From positions 1 to 40,596 of the IMG/VR virus record IMGVR_UViG_3300032216_001207: a stretch of DNA of 40,596 bases; one strand, written 5' to 3'. The notes beneath the pieces were generated by a model. The model did no database searches, was not told the origin of the DNA, and was given only the letters and a program-made list of their open reading frames with translations. The stretch is from a virus (lineage: Duplodnaviria > Caudoviricetes). Made by a program: the position numbers and the translations under genes. Of the stretch, positions 34,731 through 40,596 are shown in pieces. Each line of letters opens with the position of its first letter. Position 1 is the stretch's first letter.

Positions 34731-35295
34731 TTGGAATTTCGAGGGCATGAAGCCCAACCACTACGGGGCCCTGATTACCGATCCGCCTTGGCGCTTTGCC
34801 CACCGGTCGGCCAAAGGTGAACTGAAGAACGCCGTCCAGCACTACGATTGCATGAGCCTTCAAGCTCTGCGCACGCTACCGGTCGCTGATCTTGCGGCCA
34901 AGGACTGCGCGTTGATTATGTGGGCCACTGCGCCCTTATTGCCCGAGGCGGTCGAATTGATGCGGTCTTGGGGGTTTGATTACAAGTCGGCGGGAACGTG
35001 GGCAAAGCAATCCAGCACCGGGAACAAGTGGGCCTTTGGGACCGGATATTGCTTCCGGTCGGCCAGTGAGTTTTTCCTGCTAGGCACTCGGGGAAAGCCC
35101 AAGGTGCGCTCGCGGTCCATTCGCAACCTGATTGTTGCGCCTGTCCGCGAGCACTCCAGAAAGCCTGACGCTATGCACAATAACGTCGAGGCCCTCTACG
35201 AGGGGCCCTATGGCGAACTGTTCGCGCGCGAGGGCCGACCCGGTTGGGATACTTGGGGAAACGAGACCGAAAAGTTTACCGCTTTGCGCGCTTAA
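34723..35295 (+). CDS. MT-A70-family N6-adenine methyltransferase
   Basis: TDPPW catalytic motif; HYDCMS; LIMWAT; WGF.YK; GTGY.FR..SE..LLGTRG; REHSRKPD; ELFAR..RPGWD.WGNE. Confidence 0.93.
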   Translation: MTDWNFEGMKPNHYGALITDPPWRFAHRSAKGELKNAVQHYDCMSLQALRTLPVADLAAKDCALIMWATAPLLPEAVELMRSWGFDYKSAGTWAKQSSTGNKWAFGTGYCFRSASEFFLLGTRGKPKVRSRSIRNLIVAPVREHSRKPDAMHNNVEALYEGPYGELFAREGRPGWDTWGNETEKFTALRA

Positions 35296-36382
35296 ATTTC
35301 AGATACTCGACCCCCTCTATCGGGTCAGCAAAACACGAGACGTGCCCCGGTGTGCCTTCCATGCCGGGGTCCACGACCACCAAGATCGAATTGCCGTGGC
35401 CTTGTGAGCCAAAGCCTAGCCGCTCCGCATAGGAGTCGATGGTCTTGTAGCCCTTGGCGCGGGCCAACCAGAACAAATCTCCCTTGTGCTCATGCTCGCC
35501 GCCAAACAGCGCCCAATTGTGCTTGTGCCCGGCGACGTAGACGTGAGCTTGGTCGCCCCACTTGGCCTCCTTCATGGGTCCGTGAAGCGGATTCCATTGT
35601 GAGTGACCAGAAAAGTCGTGCGCGGCATGAAGACGGAACTCCGCGCCGTTAGGGGAGACAAGGGTAACCTTTGCGCCCCAATCCTCCATGACAACATGGT
35701 GAGGCTTGAATCGCTCCATGGTTTCAGAGCCGACCGGGCCGGGCCAAGAGTCATGGTTGCCCAAAAGCCATAGCCACCAAGGGACGCCAGCCTCATTCAA
35801 CAGCCATTTGACCAGCTTTCGGGCCGTGCTCTTCCCGGTGTCCTGTTCTGACCAGAGGCGAGCGAGGCGACCGGACCAGTTGTTGGTCGTATCACCAATG
35901 TTGACGGCAAAGAGCCCCTCTGTTTCAGCGGCCAATTGGCAGTGCGCGCGCAAAAGCGGCCAATCGCAGCCGTCGTCGTCAATGTGGGGGTCGCCAAAGA
36001 TCATGAGGGCGTAGGGTCCGGCCACCGGCACGTCAAAGCGACGCCACTTCTTAGCGTCATGGTGCGCGCGGCGCTTGGTAAACCGGCGGCACATTTGTTC
36101 AATCAGGGAGTTGGTGTCGATATCATCATCTGGAAGGTCAGGGGCCGTAGGAACGCGCTGGAGGCCCGACAACGGTGGTGAGCCATACCAAGTCGTCCCA
36201 TCGCCCGAACGGCCCCACAGGCCCATTTCTCGGGCCTTCTTGGCGCGGCCCTCAAAGGTCACAGGGTGAGTGCCGATTTGCTCTTGGGCCTCTAGGCCAG
36301 CTTTTGACACATTCCCGCCGTTCGCTTTAACGCGGGCGACGACGTCTTCATAGATTTTGTTGGAAAGGGGAGGTGTGGGCAT
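35276..36382 (-). CDS. Calcineurin-like metallophosphoesterase with N-terminal HTH-like region
   Basis: GDPHID, GDTTNNW, GNHD, H, AGHKH motifs. Confidence 0.88.
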   Translation of the reverse strand: MPTPPLSNKIYEDVVARVKANGGNVSKAGLEAQEQIGTHPVTFEGRAKKAREMGLWGRSGDGTTWYGSPPLSGLQRVPTAPDLPDDDIDTNSLIEQMCRRFTKRRAHHDAKKWRRFDVPVAGPYALMIFGDPHIDDDGCDWPLLRAHCQLAAETEGLFAVNIGDTTNNWSGRLARLWSEQDTGKSTARKLVKWLLNEAGVPWWLWLLGNHDSWPGPVGSETMERFKPHHVVMEDWGAKVTLVSPNGAEFRLHAAHDFSGHSQWNPLHGPMKEAKWGDQAHVYVAGHKHNWALFGGEHEHKGDLFWLARAKGYKTIDSYAERLGFGSQGHGNSILVVVDPGMEGTPGHVSCFADPIEGVEYLKFKRAKR

Positions 36383-36520
36383 GTGAGCCGAGTCCTGTTT
36401 TGATTGCTTTTGGGACGGCTATCAATGCGGGAAACGGCCAAGGTCGCTTGGCGTCTGAACCCACTGCGGCTCGACAATGGGCCAGACCGCGCGCGGATCG
36501 GCACGGTAATGATTTGATGG

Positions 36521-36715
36521 TCAGTTGTGTGGACGGTCTTGTTTGCCGTCGAGCTTTGCCTCAATGCGAGCTAGCTGCAAAGCGATTTGGTCGTATTGCT
36601 TTTCAACGTGGTCAGCCTTGGTTTCCAAGCGCACTACGCGCTCGTTTAACTGAACCCATACGGCAACAATGCTACCAAGCAAACCGATTCCGGCAATAAC
36701 AGTAGACGATTCCAT
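36521..36715 (-). CDS. Small TM + coiled-coil protein (XhlA/holin-like)
   Basis: N-terminal TM, then RVVRLETK...LARIEAKLD; RBS AGAGG. Confidence 0.65.
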   Translation of the reverse strand: MESSTVIAGIGLLGSIVAVWVQLNERVVRLETKADHVEKQYDQIALQLARIEAKLDGKQDRPHN

Positions 36716-36800
36716 ACTGACCAAACCTCTACACGCCAGAACACTATAAATCCTCTATCTGCCAGCCGGACGCTGCACAAGTTGAAACCGCCAGACTGAT

Positions 36801-36835
36801 GAAAAATTCACACAATCCGGCGGCATTGTGATGAA
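36801..36835 (-). terminator. Intrinsic terminator after the oxygenase operon
   Basis: On the - strand TTCAT-CACAAT...ATTGTG-TGAA followed by TTTTT. Confidence 0.55.
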
Positions 36836-36845
36836 CAAGCCGCAA

Positions 36846-37436
36846 TCAGCGGAGGCGAGGACCAGAAAGCCAAACGACCAGAGACCGGCGGATTCCAGAA
36901 GTTACCGGCGTTACCCGGTGCAGCGTGTAGGACGGGAAAGCAGCCACAAAGCCCTTTTGCTTGGCAACAGTTTCTGGCGTGCTATCGGCAAATATCTGGA
37001 GGTCGCCCCCCTCATATTCATCCGGGTCGCTCAATTGAACCACCAAGGACAGCTTGCGCGGCGCTAGGGTGTTTGCGCCTTTGTCGATATGCCAATCATA
37101 GTGCGCGCCTTCGCCCCGGTAGACCGTGTATTGGAGGTCTTCCACAAACCCGAACAGGTCGAGGTCATAGAACTGGCCATTGATTTGCCGCGCGCACCAC
37201 GCGAGGGAATCGTAGATTGGCTGTGTTTCATCGTTAAGCGAAAGCCACGCGGTCTCAGAGACGCGAACGTCAGGGTTTATGGTATCGTTGCCAACAGTAG
37301 CGGCAGCCAAAGCCTGCGCGTCTCCATAAGCGCAAAGCCGGTCGATTTGCTCATTTGTAAACAGCCCTGACCATGTTGCAAACGCAGGCTCTTGAACCGC
37401 AATGCTTGGTGATGGTGCCAAAAGGTAGACGGACAT
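36846..37436 (-). CDS. 2OG-Fe(II) oxygenase (prolyl-hydroxylase/PKHD-like)
   Basis: YDWHID (HxD), RKLSLVVQLS, YEGGDL, FPSYTLHRVTPVTSGIRRSLVVW (H...R). Confidence 0.93.
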   Translation of the reverse strand: MSVYLLAPSPSIAVQEPAFATWSGLFTNEQIDRLCAYGDAQALAAATVGNDTINPDVRVSETAWLSLNDETQPIYDSLAWCARQINGQFYDLDLFGFVEDLQYTVYRGEGAHYDWHIDKGANTLAPRKLSLVVQLSDPDEYEGGDLQIFADSTPETVAKQKGFVAAFPSYTLHRVTPVTSGIRRSLVVWLSGPRLR

Positions 37437-38140
37437 TATTTGCGCTCCCAGACTTCGTCGCGATAATAACTAATTCGGCTGCGGCGTTTGGTGCGCACAG
37501 ATTCCATGAGCTTGAGGTCTTTGGCCGAAAAGGCGCGAACCTCATGGTCCCTAAACAGCGTTGACCGCTTGACGGGGATAACTTGGACAAGCGGCGTTCC
37601 TGCAGGGATGATGCCGTGAAAGTTTGGCTCATTCCACACAAAGGGAAAATTGATAAAGTCGAAATAGCCGTCAGCATCAACCAGCCCCGAAAAGACGGTA
37701 AAGCGAGGATCGGGGCGGTTAAGGGGCGGCATGAACAGCAGCGAGTAACCCGCAGGGCACTTGATGGCCCAATGGTTCATCCACTTCATCGGTGGTTGGT
37801 CTTTGTGCGGCGCAGGAGATTTGCTGTTGCTGACCTGATCAGCGCTATGGTTTTCAATCATAGGCCGGTCAAATTGCCAGCTATAGGACACGCCTGACGC
37901 ATCCTCATTCGCCTTTAGCTCGACGTCTGCGGCAAGGGGGATAATCCATCCTGTGACCATAGCATCCAAGAACGGAGGGCAGCGTTTCAGCGTCCCGCTA
38001 TCTAGGCCCGGGTGCATCCGCTTTTCTAGAGCCTTGTACCAATCAGGAATCAGCTTTCGGGCGGGGTAAGGTGCAGGGATGTTGCCGAGATATTGGTCAA
38101 ATGTGAGAAATTCTAGCTTTGGTTTAGGCTTCCAAAACAT
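37436..38140 (-). CDS. DUF6065-like protein (tentative; dUTPase-like beta fold)
   Basis: KRCPPFLDAM..GWIIPL...W.IK.P.GYSLLF.PP.N...GLVD.D...INFPF...AGTPLVQVIP.KR. Confidence 0.7.
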   Translation of the reverse strand: MFWKPKPKLEFLTFDQYLGNIPAPYPARKLIPDWYKALEKRMHPGLDSGTLKRCPPFLDAMVTGWIIPLAADVELKANEDASGVSYSWQFDRPMIENHSADQVSNSKSPAPHKDQPPMKWMNHWAIKCPAGYSLLFMPPLNRPDPRFTVFSGLVDADGYFDFINFPFVWNEPNFHGIIPAGTPLVQVIPVKRSTLFRDHEVRAFSAKDLKLMESVRTKRRSRISYYRDEVWERK

Positions 38141-38142
38141 GC

Positions 38143-38340
38143 TTAATTTTGTCCATTTCCGAGGCGGTAGTCGGGTTGACCTCCGCTTTCCAGAAATGCT
38201 TTACACCGTTCAACCTCAATTGCACCACGCAAAATGTGATCGTCATGGAGGCTAAACGATAGGTCGGCCACCCAATCGCGAAGGTGAACCGGTAATTTAT
38301 CGTAGCACGCCATAACAATCTTGAGTCGCGCGGTATCCAC
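38143..38340 (-). CDS. Small hypothetical protein (YDKLP..LRDW; DUF6525-like, tentative)
   Basis: GTG start overlaps the TAG of the Gly-rich gene (TAGTG). Confidence 0.6.
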   Translation of the reverse strand: MDTARLKIVMACYDKLPVHLRDWVADLSFSLHDDHILRGAIEVERCKAFLESGGQPDYRLGNGQN

Positions 38341-40595
38341 TACCAAGAGACGGTGACTTGGCCTGCGGCACTACCGCTTCCGACCGTCACCGTAATCTGT
38401 TGGAACGGCCACACCTTGGCGGCGTTGGCGCTTGTGGTTGATGCGGTCGAGCCCGCGCCACCACCCGTGCCAGCATTTGACGTGCCGGGGTTGCCAGCCG
38501 TTGCGCCCGTTCCTGCCGTGCCGGTGGTTCCCGCATTGCCAGCAGCCCCGGCATTCCCGGGCGACCCTGCGCCACCGGACGTCGCACCGGTTCCTGAGTT
38601 GCCAGTTGTGCCCGCGTTGCCAGCCGCACCCGCGCCCCCGGGAGAGCCTGCGCCGCCGCCTGTAGCGCCGGTCCCGGCGGTTCCAGTGTTCCCAGCCGTT
38701 CCATTTGCACCAGCCCCGCCCGGCGAGCCTGCGCCGCCCCCTGTAGCACCCGTGCCAGCGGCTCCAGTGTTTCCGGCCACGCCATTTGCACCAGCCCCGC
38801 CCGGCGAGCCACCACCACCAGCGGTCGCGCCAGAGCCTGCGTTTCCGGTTGCCCCGGAACTTCCTGCGGCTCCTGCATTACCCGGCGAGCCGCCACCACC
38901 AGCACCAGCACCGGTGCCAGACGCGCCAGTGTTGCCAGCGGTTCCTACAGCACCAGCATTTCCCGGAGAACCGGCCCCACCAGCGGTCGCGCCAGTGCCA
39001 GCACTTCCGGTTGCGCCTGCGGTTCCTGCAGCGCCAGCATTTCCGGGAGAGCCAGCCCCACCGCTTGTCGCACCAGTGCCAGCGCTTCCAGACGCGCCGG
39101 TGCCGCCAGAATTACCACTACCGCCGGGACTTCCAATTCCAACTGAAGACCCACCACTGCCGCCATTACCAGCAGCACCAGAAGACGCAGTGCCGGAACT
39201 CCCGGGCGAACCGGAAGTCCTTCCCAATCCGCCACCGGCACCACCGCCACCACCACCGCCGCCGCCACCACCACCACCGGCATTTCCCGCGTTTCCACTA
39301 GCGCCAGCACTACCGCCCGCACCGCCGGAACCGTTATTGCCAGAGTTTCCCGTGGCACCGATTCCACCTGAATTCCCAGCCGCGCCCGGGTTGCCACCAG
39401 CCCCGCCGGGGCCATTTGTGCCCGGGTTTCCCGAGTTTCCAATAGCGCCGCCGTTTCCTGCCGTGCCAGCAGCGCCGCCCGCGCCACCAGCACCATTGTT
39501 TCCGGGGTTTCCAGTCCCGCCAACGCCACCAGACGTCCCAGCACTACCCGCACTGCCCCCAGCGCCACCGGCCCCATTGCTTCCCGGGTTACCTGAGTTA
39601 CCAATTGCACCCGGGTTCCCTGCGGCTCCAGCATTACCACCAGCCCCACCGGCACCATTATTGCCAGCATTGCCCGGGTTACCGATTCCGCCTGCGTTTC
39701 CTGCGGTTCCCGCGCTACCTCCAGCGCCGCCTGCGCCGTTGGTTCCTGCGTTACCCGGGTTACCAATTCCACCTGAGTTTCCTGCCGTTCCGGCACTGCC
39801 ACCGGTACCACCCGTCCCATTGTTGCCGGGATTTCCAGAATTACCGATGCCGCCGGGGTTTCCAGCAGAGCCACCAGAGCCATTGGTTCCATTGCCAGCA
39901 GCCCCGGCATTACCACCCGCGCCGCCGGGCATGGCAAGATAAGAGCCAAAGTTAGACGAGTTTCCAGTATTGCCTACGGACCCCGGGTTGCCGTTTGCCG
40001 CACCCGTCCCGCCATTCCCCGCAGCACCCGCACCGCCCGGAGAGCCTGCGCTTCCAGTGGTTGCACCAGTGCCAGCAGCACCCGTGTTTCCTGCAATTCC
40101 CGCTGCGCCAGCGCTTCCGGGGTTTCCGGCCCCTCCAGCAGTAGCGCCCGTCCCTGCGGACCCAGTATTACCAGCCGTGCCGTTTGCGCCTGAACTACCC
40201 GGCGAGCCTGCACCGCCTCCCGTCGCGCCAGTACCAGCCGCGCCTGTGTTTCCTGCTGTGCCAGATGCGCCAGCGCTTCCGGGAGAACCGACGCTTCCGC
40301 CTGTAGCACCAGTGCCCGCAGCGCCAGTGTTGCCAGCCGTGCCAGATGCGCCAGCGTTGCCGGGAGAGCCGCCGCTACCGGCAGTCGCTCCCGATCCTGC
40401 AGCGCCGGTGTTCCCTGCCGTTCCTGCCGCACCAGCGCCACCCGGAGAACCAGCACTTCCCGCAGTTGCGCCCGTGCCTGCAGCGCCTGTGTTTCCTGCG
40501 GTGCCTGCAGCGCCCGCGCTACCCGGAGAGCCCGCGTTACCACCGGTCGCACCAGACCCAGACGCGCCAGTATTACCGGCTGTGCCTGCCGCACC
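38340..40595 (-). CDS. Very long glycine-rich (polyglycine II-type) fibre-like protein, 5' end outside window
   Basis: The frame of the 530-aa ORF stays open upstream of ATG 39932 (…GNTGNSSNFGSYLA-MPGG…) and appears open to the window end, giving >=751 aa; Gly-rich-domain motifs SSNFG and VWPFQQITVTVG...GQVTVSW. Confidence 0.85.
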   Translation of the reverse strand, partial: GAAGTAGNTGASGSGATGGNAGSPGSAGAAGTAGNTGAAGTGATAGSAGSPGGAGAAGTAGNTGAAGSGATAGSGGSPGNAGASGTAGNTGAAGTGATGGSVGSPGSAGASGTAGNTGAAGTGATGGGAGSPGSSGANGTAGNTGSAGTGATAGGAGNPGSAGAAGIAGNTGAAGTGATTGSAGSPGGAGAAGNGGTGAANGNPGSVGNTGNSSNFGSYLAMPGGAGGNAGAAGNGTNGSGGSAGNPGGIGNSGNPGNNGTGGTGGSAGTAGNSGGIGNPGNAGTNGAGGAGGSAGTAGNAGGIGNPGNAGNNGAGGAGGNAGAAGNPGAIGNSGNPGSNGAGGAGGSAGSAGTSGGVGGTGNPGNNGAGGAGGAAGTAGNGGAIGNSGNPGTNGPGGAGGNPGAAGNSGGIGATGNSGNNGSGGAGGSAGASGNAGNAGGGGGGGGGGGGGAGGGLGRTSGSPGSSGTASSGAAGNGGSGGSSVGIGSPGGSGNSGGTGASGSAGTGATSGGAGSPGNAGAAGTAGATGSAGTGATAGGAGSPGNAGAVGTAGNTGASGTGAGAGGGGSPGNAGAAGSSGATGNAGSGATAGGGGSPGGAGANGVAGNTGAAGTGATGGGAGSPGGAGANGTAGNTGTAGTGATGGGAGSPGGAGAAGNAGTTGNSGTGATSGGAGSPGNAGAAGNAGTTGTAGTGATAGNPGTSNAGTGGGAGSTASTTSANAAKVWPFQQITVTVGSGSAAGQVTVSW
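38440..40595 (-). repeat. 81-nt (27-aa) degenerate tandem repeats of two types
   Basis: Type A GAGGAGGSAGTAGNAGGIGNPGNAGNN (~39300-39900); type B GTGATAGGAGSPGNAGAAGTAGNTGAA (~38500-39080 and ~40000-40595). Confidence 0.9.
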
Positions 40596-40596
40596 A

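Noticed and set aside
38353-39942. 529-aa Pro-rich ORF on the + strand (and other overlapping ORFs to 40594)
   Set aside because: Antisense or off-frame shadow of Gly codons (GGN read as NCC/CCN); the - strand Gly-rich frame is coupled to the downstream operon
38340-40596. Resemblance to mycobacterial PE-PGRS, or a DNA-level repeat array
   Set aside because: The context is a Gram-negative-type phage with spanins; repeats are degenerate at third codon positions, so they are selected at protein level

Overview
About 40.6 kb of a long-tailed (siphovirus-type) dsDNA phage or prophage, probably infecting an Alphaproteobacterium (an inference from gene families and promoter style). Left end (- strand): a Twinkle/T7 gp4-like primase-helicase running off the window, a separately encoded Zn-binding domain, a DUF1376-type replication initiator with internal iteron-like repeats, and a DUF1064 nuclease. 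Divergent + strand operon: YqaJ/lambda-Exo, Bet, XRE HTH, SSB and a MazG-like pyrophosphatase. A long - strand late block follows: spanins, holin-like protein, dNMP kinase, a 2.1k-aa repeat-rich central tail fibre, tail tip, tape measure, G/GT chaperones with a -1 frameshift, tail tube, neck, major capsid, decoration, scaffold, XkdF-type protease, a 1355-aa Nudix-kinase-ADP-ribosyltransferase polyprotein with an acidic partner gene, and MuF. An inverted island of small early genes ends in an MT-A70 methyltransferase. The right end (- strand) carries a metallophosphoesterase, a 2OG-Fe(II) oxygenase, a DUF6065-like protein and a >750-aa polyglycine fibre-like protein running off the window. No terminase, portal, integrase, endolysin, tRNA, CRISPR array or reverse transcriptase was recognised. 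Main highlights: (1) the MuF-linked tagged polyvalent effector with a candidate antidote; (2) an 18-bp palindromic operator found 9 times at gene starts and intergenic sites; (3) a mirror-symmetric 27-aa polyglycine rod encoded with candidate hydroxylases; (4) a split primase and a split prohead protease. All family calls are by eye from motifs; no database searches were run.
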